A DNA stretch of 64,000 nt from contig JAAEQW010000256.1 of assembly GCA_024231025.1 (NCBI GenBank), forward strand, positions 2,954-66,953, written 5' to 3'. The translations under genes and the position numbers were made by a program. The notes under the pieces are model-generated. The model had not been told where the DNA came from, searched no databases, and was given only the letters and a program-made list of their open reading frames with translations. This document shows positions 37,679 to 48,132 of this stretch, in pieces. Numbering within the stretch: position 1 is the stretch's first letter; the number at the start of each line of letters is the position of its first letter. The stretch comes from Candidatus Omnitrophota bacterium. GTDB lineage: Bacteria > Omnitrophota > Gorgyraeia > Duberdicusellales > 4484-171.

Positions 37679-38830
37679 ATGAGGAAAAAAACCTCTAGAT
37701 CCCCTAAAAAAACTAGGACAGTTAATAAGAAGGTTACAAAAAAAAGCACTATCGCCAAACCTGCTAAGAAGAAAATTGTCAAAAAAGTTGCTAAGAAAAA
37801 AGTCACCAAAAAGAAAACGGTAAAAAAGACCATTCAAAGAGTAGCAAAAAAAACAACTAAAAAACTCATTAAAAAGGTTACCGAGAGAACGGGGTTGCGT
37901 AATTCTTTTTCTTCTCGAACAGCTAAAGATGTAGCTGCAACCGTTGCTTCAATTGTTTCTATTCCAAAAAATAAGGAGTATTCTGAAGAAATGAAGTTTT
38001 CTCCTGAAGCTGCTGTTGCTGCTAGCGAAGTAGCTCCCCAAAAGATGCAGTACAACTTGCCTTTGAAGTATGCCGATGACCGCATAGTTTTGCTGGTTCG
38101 CGATCCGTGGTGGATGTTTACTTATTGGGATATTTCACCGAACAGAATCGATGGTGTATTAGCAACTATAGACAGTGATGAGCGTAACAATTTAAAATGG
38201 ATTGTGCGTGCGTATGAGCTAAGCGGTGTAAAAAAGTTTAATGGCCGCAATGCGAACCTTTCTTTTGATACGGAAATATACCTTGATGGGGGAAGTTGGT
38301 ATATCAATACTAATCAGCCCGGGGGTCTTTGGTGTATCGAGATAGGGTTGATTAGTGATTTAGGAAATTTCTATCCAGTCGCTCGCTCTAATATTGTTGG
38401 CAGTCCGCGTTTTGGTATTTCTTCTAATATTGATGAGCATTGGGCATCAGAAGACGATGATCACTTTAAAATACTAGGAATTTATGATTTAGGTAGAAGC
38501 TCAATGGAGCGTAAGCGTAAGTTTGAGGAAATTGTAAAAAAGACAGTTTCTTCTCCTCTTGCTTCATGGGGGATGAGCTCTCCCGGTGGAATAAAGAAGG
38601 AGGACAAGTTTTTTCTAGAAGTATGGACAGAAGTTATTTTGCATGGTCGTACTATGGCTGATGCTAAAGTTAACGTTGATGGAAAAGAAGTTACCTTAAG
38701 AGACGATGGAACATTCACTCAAAGATATGCATTGGTGGAGGGTGATTTTGAGTATAAAGTTGTTGGTGTTTCTAAAAATAAAAAGCACAAAATAAAAAAA
38801 ACCCCAGCGGTAAAGAGATATAACAAATAA
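37679..38830 (+). CDS. DUF4912 protein with Lys-rich histone-H1-like N-terminus
   Basis: LPLKY...LLVRDPWWMFTYW, WYI and ARSN motifs; K-rich first ~70 aa; abuts the GH57 branching enzyme. Confidence 0.85.
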   Translation: MRKKTSRSPKKTRTVNKKVTKKSTIAKPAKKKIVKKVAKKKVTKKKTVKKTIQRVAKKTTKKLIKKVTERTGLRNSFSSRTAKDVAATVASIVSIPKNKEYSEEMKFSPEAAVAASEVAPQKMQYNLPLKYADDRIVLLVRDPWWMFTYWDISPNRIDGVLATIDSDERNNLKWIVRAYELSGVKKFNGRNANLSFDTEIYLDGGSWYINTNQPGGLWCIEIGLISDLGNFYPVARSNIVGSPRFGISSNIDEHWASEDDDHFKILGIYDLGRSSMERKRKFEEIVKKTVSSPLASWGMSSPGGIKKEDKFFLEVWTEVILHGRTMADAKVNVDGKEVTLRDDGTFTQRYALVEGDFEYKVVGVSKNKKHKIKKTPAVKRYNK

Positions 38831-38831
38831 G

Positions 38832-40415
38832 ATGGAAAAAGGTTATCTTTCTTTAGTTCTGCATGCCCACCTTCCTTTTGTTCGTCATCCTGAATTTGAA
38901 GACTTCTTAGAAGAACGATGGCTTTTTGAAGCGCTCAGCGAAACTTATATGCCATTGCTTGAGATGCTTGAGGGCCTAACGGCTGATGGCGTTGATTTTT
39001 GTTTTACTTTAAACCTCTCGCCTTCTCTTTGTAGCATGCTTGATGACGGGCTCCTAAAAGATCGTTACCTGCGCCATCTAAATAATATGATTACTCTTTG
39101 CGAGGGAGAGATCGATCGACATCGCTTTGATCCAAGCTTTCATAGGGTAGCGCTTATGTATTACCATCGTTTTACTCGCACGAGAGATAAATTTGTAAAT
39201 AATTATGACCGTAATCTTATTGCGGAGTTTAAAAAATATCAAGATCGCGGTGTTTTAGAAATTATTACTTGTGGAGCAACGCATGGCTTTTTGCCGCTTT
39301 TACGAGTTAACAAAGAGGCCGCTAGAGCACAAATCAGAGTTGGTGCAAATTCCTATAGAAAGTTTTTTGGTACAAATCCAAAAGGAATTTGGCTTCCTGA
39401 GTGTGGATATTATGAGGGAGTTGATAAATTTTTAAAAGAGGAAGGCATAAAATATTTTTTAACCGAAACTCATGGGATAGTTTTTGCCGATCCTCGCCCC
39501 AAGTTTGGTGTTTATTCCGGGTACTACACTAAGAATAAAGTGGGCGTATTCGCCAGAGACAGCGAATCTTCTAAGAGTGTTTGGTCGGCAGAAGAGGGTT
39601 ATCCTGGTGATTACAATTATCGTGAATATTATCGTGATGTTGGGTTTGATGCCGACTATGATTATATAAAACCTTATATTTCTCCGTGTGGAACGCGAAT
39701 TTTTACCGGTATAAAGTATTATCGCATTACCGGCCCTACCTTAGAGAAACAGCCGTATAATCCTGAGATAGCAGCAAAAACTGCCGCAGATCATGCCGGC
39801 AATTTTATGTTTAATCGCCAAAAGCAGATCGAGCACTTAAGTCCTATGCTAGATAGAAAGCCGATTATTGTGTGCCCTTATGATGCGGAGTTGTATGGGC
39901 ATTGGTGGTTTGAGGGAGTGCAATGGCTAAATTTCTTAATTCGTAAAATATGTTATGACCAGAACACAATAAAACTTACTACTCCTTCAAGGTACTTACA
40001 GATTTATCCGAAAAATCAAGTAGTTACTCCAGCGGCGTCAAGCTGGGGGTATAAAGGTTATTACGAAGTGTGGCTCAATGGTTCTAATGATTGGATTTAC
40101 CCGCACCTGCATCGCGCGCAAGATATGATGGGTGAAGCGATTAAGGAGCATGGTTCGGGCGGCGATGTCAAAGACAGAGTCCTAAACCAGATGGTTAGAG
40201 AACTTCTCCTGGCGCAGTCTAGTGATTGGGCATTTATCATGAAGACCGGCACTTTTACTGAATATGCCAGCAAGCGCACAATTACCCATTTAGAACGATT
40301 TCATCTTTTAAAAAGTTATCTTGATAGAGGAAGCTATGATTTTGAGGTTATTGAGGATATTGAAGAAAAAGACAACCTTTTCCCCGAAATCACTTATTCT
40401 GTTTATTGCCCCTAA
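38832..40415 (+). CDS. GH57 1,4-alpha-glucan branching enzyme (DUF1957)
   Basis: LHAHLPFV, GIWLPEC, YDAELYGHWWFEG and QSSDWAF motifs. Confidence 0.93.
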   Translation: MEKGYLSLVLHAHLPFVRHPEFEDFLEERWLFEALSETYMPLLEMLEGLTADGVDFCFTLNLSPSLCSMLDDGLLKDRYLRHLNNMITLCEGEIDRHRFDPSFHRVALMYYHRFTRTRDKFVNNYDRNLIAEFKKYQDRGVLEIITCGATHGFLPLLRVNKEAARAQIRVGANSYRKFFGTNPKGIWLPECGYYEGVDKFLKEEGIKYFLTETHGIVFADPRPKFGVYSGYYTKNKVGVFARDSESSKSVWSAEEGYPGDYNYREYYRDVGFDADYDYIKPYISPCGTRIFTGIKYYRITGPTLEKQPYNPEIAAKTAADHAGNFMFNRQKQIEHLSPMLDRKPIIVCPYDAELYGHWWFEGVQWLNFLIRKICYDQNTIKLTTPSRYLQIYPKNQVVTPAASSWGYKGYYEVWLNGSNDWIYPHLHRAQDMMGEAIKEHGSGGDVKDRVLNQMVRELLLAQSSDWAFIMKTGTFTEYASKRTITHLERFHLLKSYLDRGSYDFEVIEDIEEKDNLFPEITYSVYCP

Positions 40416-40416
40416 T

Positions 40417-41997
40417 ATGAGCAAATCACCTACAAAAATTATATTCATCTGGCATATGCATCAGCCTTGCTATCGCCATCCGAGTCGGAACTATTATATT
40501 TTGCCGTGGGTAAGACTTCATGGTGTAAAAGATTATTACGGAATGGCAAAGGTGGTGGAAAAATTTGAAGAAACAAGAGTTGTTTTTAACTACAGCGGCA
40601 TACTCCTAGAGCAGCTCACAGATTATGTAGAAAATCAAGCCCAGGATTATTATGGAATACTAAGCTTAAAGAATCCAGCAAAACTCACAAAAGAAGAAAA
40701 AAGTTTTATAATCGAAAGGTTTTTTTCGATAAATTTTGATCGGCACATAAAACCAAATCCTCGTTTTTTACAACTACATACTAAAAAGGCTTCGCATAAG
40801 CAAAATTTTACACTAAAAGATATCGGTGATTTACAGGCGATTTTCAATTTATGCTGGTTTCATCCTTATACAATAAAAAAAGATAAAAATTTAAAAGCAC
40901 TTATCAAGAAAGGTAAAGATTACACCCAGCAGGACCGACGTTATATTATTGATAAGCACTATCAAGTATTAAAGGAAATTTTTCCTTTATTGAAAAAACT
41001 AATAGCACGTAATCAAGTAGAACTAACAATTACGCCACATCACCATCCGATAATGCCGTTAATCTATGATACCGATGTTTTAAAGGAAATTCCTTATCTA
41101 AAACGTCCAGCATTGCGCTTCTATTCTCCGGATGATTGCCACTGGCACCTCAATCGCGCCAAAGAGGTTTTTCGACATATTTTTGCTGTTGATCCGAATG
41201 GGAGTTGGCCATCAGAAGGTAGCGTGTCGGAGAACGTATTGGATATATATGCTAAGGAAGGATTTAATTGGGTTGGTACTGATGAGGCGATCCTGTTTAA
41301 AAGTTTATCTAATGAATCCGTGCCGTATGACATGATCAAAAACCAGCGGCATATGATTTATTCACCATATAATTTTAGAGGAGTAAATATATTTTTTAGA
41401 GACAGAAACCTTTCTGATGCCATGGGTTTTACTTATTCCGGTTGGGATGATTCTGTTTTTGCTGCCAATGATTTATTGGAACATTTTAAAAGAACACACA
41501 ACCATATAAAAAATCTCTCACAACAGCGCGTGATAACGATAATTATGGATGGTGAAAACGCATGGGAGTACTATAATAATAGTGGAGTAGAATTTTTAGA
41601 AACACTTTATTCGTCATTAGAAAAAACTTCTATTCTTACAACTTCTACCCCCTCAAAATTTTTACAAAAAGGGTCCAGTAAGCATCTAGAGCGCTTATCG
41701 CCGGGGTCGTGGATTAATGGTGATTTTGGAGTATGGGTTGGCTCTAAGGAAAATAATCGCTATTGGGATATTTTGCGAAAAATAAAAGATACAATAGATC
41801 GTTCAAAAACCGATAAAGAAACTTTACAAAAAGTGAAAGATTACTTCCATCTTATTGAAGGCAGTGATTGGTATTGGTGGAACACATTTGAAGATTTTAG
41901 CGGAGAGTTTAAAAACATATTTTTTACATACGCTCAAGAGATATATGCTCTTTTGAACAAAAAAATACCACTTTATTTGACAGGAAGAAATGGGTAA
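40417..41997 (+). CDS. GH57 glycoside hydrolase (amylopullulanase-like)
   Basis: WHMHQP, HPIMPL, WPSEGSVS, DGENAWE and EGSDWYWW motifs. Confidence 0.92.
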   Translation: MSKSPTKIIFIWHMHQPCYRHPSRNYYILPWVRLHGVKDYYGMAKVVEKFEETRVVFNYSGILLEQLTDYVENQAQDYYGILSLKNPAKLTKEEKSFIIERFFSINFDRHIKPNPRFLQLHTKKASHKQNFTLKDIGDLQAIFNLCWFHPYTIKKDKNLKALIKKGKDYTQQDRRYIIDKHYQVLKEIFPLLKKLIARNQVELTITPHHHPIMPLIYDTDVLKEIPYLKRPALRFYSPDDCHWHLNRAKEVFRHIFAVDPNGSWPSEGSVSENVLDIYAKEGFNWVGTDEAILFKSLSNESVPYDMIKNQRHMIYSPYNFRGVNIFFRDRNLSDAMGFTYSGWDDSVFAANDLLEHFKRTHNHIKNLSQQRVITIIMDGENAWEYYNNSGVEFLETLYSSLEKTSILTTSTPSKFLQKGSSKHLERLSPGSWINGDFGVWVGSKENNRYWDILRKIKDTIDRSKTDKETLQKVKDYFHLIEGSDWYWWNTFEDFSGEFKNIFFTYAQEIYALLNKKIPLYLTGRNG

Positions 41998-44071
41998 AGT
42001 TTATTTTTTATTCGGTATTCATAATCATCAACCAGTAGGTAATTTTGATCATGTTTTTGAATACGCCTATAAGCGTTGTTATTTTCCTCTTCTAGAGACT
42101 CTCGCCAATTTTCCTAAAATAAAATTTAGTGTACACATCAGCGGTCCCCTTTATGATTGGATCTTAAAAAATCGTAAAGAGTATGTAAGTCTTTTAAAGG
42201 AGATGGTTACTCGCGGCCAGGTTGAGATAATCAGCGGCGGATATTACGAACCGATTTTGCCTTTAATTTCCGATCGTGACAAAAAAGCTCAAATCCAAAA
42301 AATGAATGATTTCATTTCAAAAGAATTTAATTGCACCGCTAGTGGTCTTTGGCTTGCCGAGCGGGTTTGGGAGCCAAACTTACCAGCGATAATTAATCCT
42401 TGTGGATTAGATTATACTTTTTTAGATGATACTCATTTCCGTTTTGCCGGAATCAACAAGAATGAATTCACAGGTTATTATACAACTGAGGACCAGGCTT
42501 TTGGTTTGAAGATTTTTCCAATCAGCAAAGCGCTAAGATATAAAATACCTTTTTCAAGCGCGCAAGAGGGGATCGATTTGCTTAATTCGTTTGCTAGCGA
42601 AGAAGATGTGCTAGTTACATTTTTTGATGATGGAGAAAAATTTGGTCTTTGGCCGAATACTTATGATTGGGTGTATGAGAAGGGCTGGCTTAAAACATTT
42701 CTAACGTATCTTAGCGATTCATTAACTATTGAGACGATTAAGCCGAGTGAGGCAGCACTTAAATTTTCTTCCAGCGGAATAGTTTATTTGCCTACCGCCT
42801 CCTATGAGGAGATGGGGGAGTGGGTTTTATCTGCGGATAGTTTTAATACCTATGACAGATTGAATAACTTTTTAAAGAATCAAAATAAATTTGAAGAATT
42901 CAAAAATTTTGTGAGGGCAGGATTTTTTAGAAATTTTAATCGCAAATATCCGCGCCTTAATTACATGCACAAAAGAATGCTTTCGGTTAGCAAAAAGCTA
43001 CATGCGTATTTGAAAAATGGTGATAAGGCATTTACGAATTTATTTAAGGCCCAAACTAATTGCAGCTATTGGCACGGTGTTTTTGGGGGATTTTATTTGG
43101 GTCATATTCGCGGGGCAGTATATGAAAATCTTATTTGTGCCTTAAATCAACTGGATAAGAAAATTCAAAAGCACGATTTGGTAGTGGAGGAAGAAGATAT
43201 TGATTTAGATGGCGTAAAAGAAACAATTGTAAAAAATAAAAAAATGATCTGTTGTTTTTCACGTAAGGGTGGCACTCTTCTTGAATGTAGCCTGCGTAAT
43301 CCAGCAATCAATTTAACGAACACAATTACTCGTACGGTTGAATCCTATCATAAAAAAATTAAAGAAAATGTGAATGTTGATGCCTCTGTTGCTTCAATCC
43401 ATGATATAGTGGTTCAGAAAGACAAGGATTTAGATAAATTCCTGATTTACGATAATTATGAAAAAGTTAGCCTGATTGATCACCGCTTAGATAAAGATAT
43501 TACGATTGCCGATTTTAATACCGGAAATAAAATCACCACGTTTAGCGATAAAAATTATAACCTTTTAATAAAAAAAAGCACAAAGCAAGCTTCCCTAAAG
43601 TATAAATACGATTCGCAAACAATAAGTTTTACCAAAGAAGTAATCTTAAAAGGGGCATCTTCTTTCGCTGTTGAATATTCACTTAACAATTATTTAGAAA
43701 ATTGTGATTTTGGCGTTGAGTTTAATTTATTTTTACCTTCATTGAAAGATATTGTTGCTGTATCAGAAGGAAAATCTTCCAAAAGCGCTGGTCCTAAAGG
43801 CGTTACGATCAAAAAAGAAAATAAAAAAATATCTTTAAATGAGCCCAAAGTGTTTGATAGCTGTTGTTCGTTTGTTATAATAGGTAATCATAAAAGAATA
43901 AGTTTAGAGTTTGGTTGCGAAGACGCCTGTGTATTTACGATGCCGCTTTATTCGGTATCCTCATCTGAAGCGGGATTCGAAAAGGCGTATCAGCAATTGT
44001 CAGTTCTTTTTAAATTTTCAGGGGAGCGTAAAAAAATTCATTTTACCTTTAAGGTAAAAAAAGGGGAGTAA
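41990..44071 (+). CDS. GH57 4-alpha-glucanotransferase/alpha-amylase
   Basis: HNHQPVGN, GGYYEPIL, WLAERVW, DDGEKFG and YWHGVFGG motifs. Confidence 0.93.
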   Translation: MGKVYFLFGIHNHQPVGNFDHVFEYAYKRCYFPLLETLANFPKIKFSVHISGPLYDWILKNRKEYVSLLKEMVTRGQVEIISGGYYEPILPLISDRDKKAQIQKMNDFISKEFNCTASGLWLAERVWEPNLPAIINPCGLDYTFLDDTHFRFAGINKNEFTGYYTTEDQAFGLKIFPISKALRYKIPFSSAQEGIDLLNSFASEEDVLVTFFDDGEKFGLWPNTYDWVYEKGWLKTFLTYLSDSLTIETIKPSEAALKFSSSGIVYLPTASYEEMGEWVLSADSFNTYDRLNNFLKNQNKFEEFKNFVRAGFFRNFNRKYPRLNYMHKRMLSVSKKLHAYLKNGDKAFTNLFKAQTNCSYWHGVFGGFYLGHIRGAVYENLICALNQLDKKIQKHDLVVEEEDIDLDGVKETIVKNKKMICCFSRKGGTLLECSLRNPAINLTNTITRTVESYHKKIKENVNVDASVASIHDIVVQKDKDLDKFLIYDNYEKVSLIDHRLDKDITIADFNTGNKITTFSDKNYNLLIKKSTKQASLKYKYDSQTISFTKEVILKGASSFAVEYSLNNYLENCDFGVEFNLFLPSLKDIVAVSEGKSSKSAGPKGVTIKKENKKISLNEPKVFDSCCSFVIIGNHKRISLEFGCEDACVFTMPLYSVSSSEAGFEKAYQQLSVLFKFSGERKKIHFTFKVKKGE

Positions 44072-44216
44072 AATTCCAAATAACAAATCCCAAATCACAA
44101 ACAAACCACAATTCTAAATGTTCAAAATAACAAATAGAATCTATGATATTGTTTTGGATATTAAATTATTTGAATTTGGACATTGTTTGTAATTTGTTTT
44201 TTGTAACTTGTAATTT
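44071..44216. repeat. Heptamer-based AT-rich hairpin element, copy A
   Basis: CAAAT-rich left arm and ATTTG-rich right arm; inverted copy at 44499-44645. Confidence 0.85.
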
Positions 44217-44255
44217 TTGATAATACGAGGTAAAGAAAAAAAGGGGAGGTTTGAG

Positions 44256-44504
44256 ATGCCGTTTCTAAAAAGGAAAAAAACAAAAGTGAAAGTATCCGCT
44301 AAAATCAAAGCGGCCGTGAAGAAAAGTGCAAAAATAGCTGCTAAAAAAACAATAGCTAAGAAGCCAAAGCTTGATGAAGCTCGTCTAAACCAAATGATTA
44401 AAGAAAGAGCTTATTATATTTGGGAAGAAAGGCAACGACCCAATGGGCAAGATTCTGATATCTGGGCGCAAGCTGAAAAAGATATGCATAAGAATATCAA
44501 ATAA
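44256..44504 (+). CDS. DUF2934 protein with Lys/Ala-rich N-terminus
   Basis: IKERAYYIWEERQRPNG..DIWAQAE motif; GGAGG RBS. Confidence 0.88.
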   Translation: MPFLKRKKTKVKVSAKIKAAVKKSAKIAAKKTIAKKPKLDEARLNQMIKERAYYIWEERQRPNGQDSDIWAQAEKDMHKNIK

Positions 44505-44645
44505 CAAATCACAAATTTCAAAATACAAACAATGTCCAATTGCCAAAAATCCAATGAACAAAAGGGTATTATTTTATTTTGTTTGATATTTTAGTTATTT
44601 GGAATTGTGGTTTGTTTGTGATTCGTGTATTGTGTATTGTAATTT
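44499..44645. repeat. Heptamer-based AT-rich hairpin element, copy B (inverted relative to A)
   Basis: Reverse complement aligns to copy A with about one indel, including exact aatcacaaacaaaccacaattc and ttggacattgtttgta. Confidence 0.85.
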
Positions 44646-44680
44646 TTTGACAGAGCGTACTTAAATAAGGGGAGGTTTAA

Positions 44681-45070
44681 ATGAACGCCAAAAAGAAAAA
44701 AGAGATCATTTTAACTACCGACAATAAAATTGGTAAATTGGAAGAGGTTAGCGCAGCGTTAAAGGCAGCCGACATCAATTTAACTAGCATTTGTGCTTAT
44801 TCTATGGAGGAGAAGGCAATTTTTTATATTACTGTGTGTGGTAGCGAAAAAGCCACGCAGGTTCTTTCAGGAATTGGCAGTGTTGAAACCAAAGAAGTTA
44901 TTGTCGTTGAAATGCCAAATGAAGTTGGTCAACTCCAAAGTTTAGCAGCTAAATTAAAAGATGCAAGCGTTGATCTTACTTATATTTATGGCACTACTTC
45001 AGGGGATGGGATAGCTCGGGTTGTACTTTCTTCCAGTGATAATGACAAGGCCCTAGAAGTTATTGCTTAA
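44681..45070 (+). CDS. Tandem ACT-domain protein
   Basis: NKIGKL..V...L...INL and PNEVGQL...L....VDLTYIY motifs. Confidence 0.85.
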   Translation: MNAKKKKEIILTTDNKIGKLEEVSAALKAADINLTSICAYSMEEKAIFYITVCGSEKATQVLSGIGSVETKEVIVVEMPNEVGQLQSLAAKLKDASVDLTYIYGTTSGDGIARVVLSSSDNDKALEVIA

Positions 45071-45078
45071 TTTTTACA

Positions 45079-46284
45079 ATGCAGATTGAGTTCCCTCATT
45101 ATTTTTTATGGGGTGCGGCCACATCCAGCTATCAGACTGAAGGGGGCAACTTAAATTCTGATTGGAGTGACTGGGAAAAAAGCAGAAAGCTCCAGCCAGC
45201 CGCTGACGCCTGCAAGCATTATCAACAGTTTCCGCAGGATTTTCAATTAGCATCCGACCTCGGTTTAAAGGCATTAAGATTTTCTATAGAGTGGTCGAGA
45301 ATTTGTCCGCGCCCAGGCGAGGTTTGCCAACGCGAATTAAGCCACTATAAAGCTGTAATCAAATCTTTAAAAGATAATGGATTGAAACCGTTTCTTACGT
45401 TGCATCACTTTACTAATCCGAGGTGGTTTGCCCATAGCGGCGGTTGGCTAAATTCCAAAAATATTGATTATTTTTTGCAATATCTTTCTGTAACTGCGCA
45501 GGCCTTAAAGGAAGATGTTGATTATTGGTTAATTTTTAATGAACCGCTAGTTTACTTATTTAATGGCTACATAAAGGGTATTTGGCCGCCTGGGAAAACT
45601 TCTTTGCCCATCGCTATAAGAGCGTTCAAAAACATTATATCTGCATACAAAACAGGTTATTGGGAAATAAAAAATATATGTAAGCATAATCCTTCTGTTG
45701 CGCAAGTGTCTTTGGCAAAACATATGATAGCCTTCTCACCTTGTCCAAATTCTAAATTGGGCGGATTATCGGCTGCACTTAGAGATAAGCTATTTAATAC
45801 ATCGCTTTGTGCCTATTTAAAGAAAAATAAATGCTTAGATTTTTTGGCGTTAAACTATTATTACAAAGAATATACCAAATTTAGCGGTCCATTAGGAGAA
45901 GAGTGCTCGCATAAGCACAAAGAGCGCAAAAATTATCTTGGTTGGAATATTTATCCGCAGGGACTTTACCAGATGCTTATAAGATCGAAGAAATTAAACC
46001 TACCGATAATGATTACCGAAAATGGCACCGCTGAGGAAAGCTCCGAAATGTATCAGGACTATATGGTAAAACACTTAAAGGCTATTGCAGATGCAATAGC
46101 TGATGGAGTAGATGTAAGAGGTTATTTTTGGTGGTCATTAATTGATAATTTTGAGTGGGATAAGGGTTTTGAGCCCCGGTTTGGTTTGGCGCATGTTGAC
46201 TATAGTACTTTTGCGAGAAAATTAAAGCCTTTTGCTTTTAGGTATGCTAAAATATGTAAAGAAAACATGATGACCTATGATTAA
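45079..46284 (+). CDS. Glycoside hydrolase family 1 (beta-glucosidase-like)
   Basis: FLWGAATSSYQTEG, NEP, TENG and WSLIDNFEW motifs. Confidence 0.94.
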   Translation: MQIEFPHYFLWGAATSSYQTEGGNLNSDWSDWEKSRKLQPAADACKHYQQFPQDFQLASDLGLKALRFSIEWSRICPRPGEVCQRELSHYKAVIKSLKDNGLKPFLTLHHFTNPRWFAHSGGWLNSKNIDYFLQYLSVTAQALKEDVDYWLIFNEPLVYLFNGYIKGIWPPGKTSLPIAIRAFKNIISAYKTGYWEIKNICKHNPSVAQVSLAKHMIAFSPCPNSKLGGLSAALRDKLFNTSLCAYLKKNKCLDFLALNYYYKEYTKFSGPLGEECSHKHKERKNYLGWNIYPQGLYQMLIRSKKLNLPIMITENGTAEESSEMYQDYMVKHLKAIADAIADGVDVRGYFWWSLIDNFEWDKGFEPRFGLAHVDYSTFARKLKPFAFRYAKICKENMMTYD

Positions 46285-48132
46285 AGAAGAACTAGTAACT
46301 ATACTGGCGAATATTCCTCCATTTAATAAACTAAATCGCAAAGGTAATTTAGAATTTGCCCGCATTTGCGAAGTTAAGGAATATCAAAACGCGCAAACTA
46401 TCTACAGAGAAGGAGATGCACCAGGGTATTTTTATCTTCTTTTGCGAGGTAGAGTAGTTGCTCTTACCAGTGATAGCGGCATAGATTCCGAGATAGAGTT
46501 GTTAAAGCGTGGCACTTCTTTTGGGGTAATATCTCTTTTTACTGACGAGCCGCATTCAGTAACAACACAATCAATAGAAGATTCTATTATTATAAGAGTA
46601 GAAAGAAGCGCTTTTAAAGGCTTTTTAGAGAAATATCCGGTAATATCGTTAGATTTTTCTCGAATCCTTTCGTCAAGGGTAAAACGGCGTAAAAGTCCCA
46701 AAAAGATTTTTCAATGCAAAAGAATAGGTGTCATCGGATATCACGCATCAGGAAAAACAAACTATACTATTAATCTCAGTCGACAATTAAAAAAGCAAAC
46801 AAAAAAGAATGTTATTTGCGTAGAAATACGTGCAAAAGATGATTTTACTACACCGTCTTTAATTAATGCAGATTGTCGACCGCTAGTGTTGAAAAATTTC
46901 AATGAGGACCAACTCTGCGACTATATTGCGGTCGATGAAGTTGACCATCTGTTGGTGCAGGTTGATAGCGGAAGTCGTTTTTTGCGATTCTTAATCGTCT
47001 TTCTGAGAGTTATCATTTTGTTATATGTGAGTTATCGTGTAAATTACTGAACGATGCTTTTTCCGATTTCATTTACCGTGCTGACTCGTTGCACCTAATC
47101 TTTTTGCCAATTAAAGAAGATCTCGCAAAGGGGGGCAAATTTATAAGTGATTTAAGCGAAAGAGAACTTCTTACTAGGGAGAAAATAAGAGTAATTATCA
47201 ATGAGTTTAGCCAAGGACAAAAGCTAGATTGCGAAAAGACCAAAGCACTAAAGCATCCGGTATATGCAACAATACCTAAATCTGACTCACCGCACTACCA
47301 TAAAGTTTTTAAAAGAATTGCTCGCCAAATTGGAGAAGTAAGGCTAGGCGTTGCGTTAGGGAGTGGTGGTTCCTATGGTTTTGCCCATATTGGTGTGTTG
47401 GAAGTATTAGAAGAGAATAATATAGATATCGATATCATATGTGGCTCAAGCATGGGGTCGTTGGTTGCTGCGATGTGGGCGGCGGGATTTAGCGTCGATA
47501 AGATGAAGCAAGTTGCGGCTAATTTCGGAAAAAAATTAAACTTGTTTTCTTTTCCGGGGTTCTATTTTCCTTTTAAAGGAATTATTAAAGCTAAACGTTC
47601 GGAGAAAATTTATAAGGAAATTTTTGGTGGTCTAACATTTCATGATTTAAAACATGATCTGAAATTAGCTTCATTTGATTTTTATAAGAGAAAGGCAGCT
47701 GTTTTAGATGAGGGATTGCTTTATAAGGCAGTAGCTGCGAGTTGTGCTATTCCAGGTGTGTTTGAGCCGGTAAAAATGAAAAAAAACCTCATGCTGGATG
47801 GCGGAGTATTAAACCCTTTACCTAGTAAAATTCTTTTAAACTACGGTGTGAATAAAATAATTGCTATAAATGTAACCCCACCGTTGGAGAAAGTTGCTCT
47901 TCGTCAGAAAATCAAAGGTAAATGGCATATTTTTGATTTTATTTTTGGCACAATCGAGACTATGCAACGTGAATTTATTGATGCGGCACTAAAAGTGTCT
48001 GATGTTGTGATCCATCCTGTTTTTGAGGCGACCGATTGGGCCCATTTTGAAAATGTCGATGAATATATTGAAGCAGGAAGAAAAGCTGCCCTCGGAAAAC
48101 TCAATGACATAAAGGAGTTAAGTGAGCGATAA
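46277..48132 (+). pseudogene. cNMP-binding + P-loop + patatin phospholipase, split by a frameshift near 46980
   Basis: cNMP domain and GYHASGKT in ORF1; GSGG, GSSMG and DGG in ORF2; the ORF2 frame is open back to a T6 run at 46978-46983. Confidence 0.75.

Noticed and set aside
40321-40416. N-terminal extension of the second GH57 overlapping the branching enzyme
   Set aside because: ATG 40417, right after the upstream stop, matches the family start.
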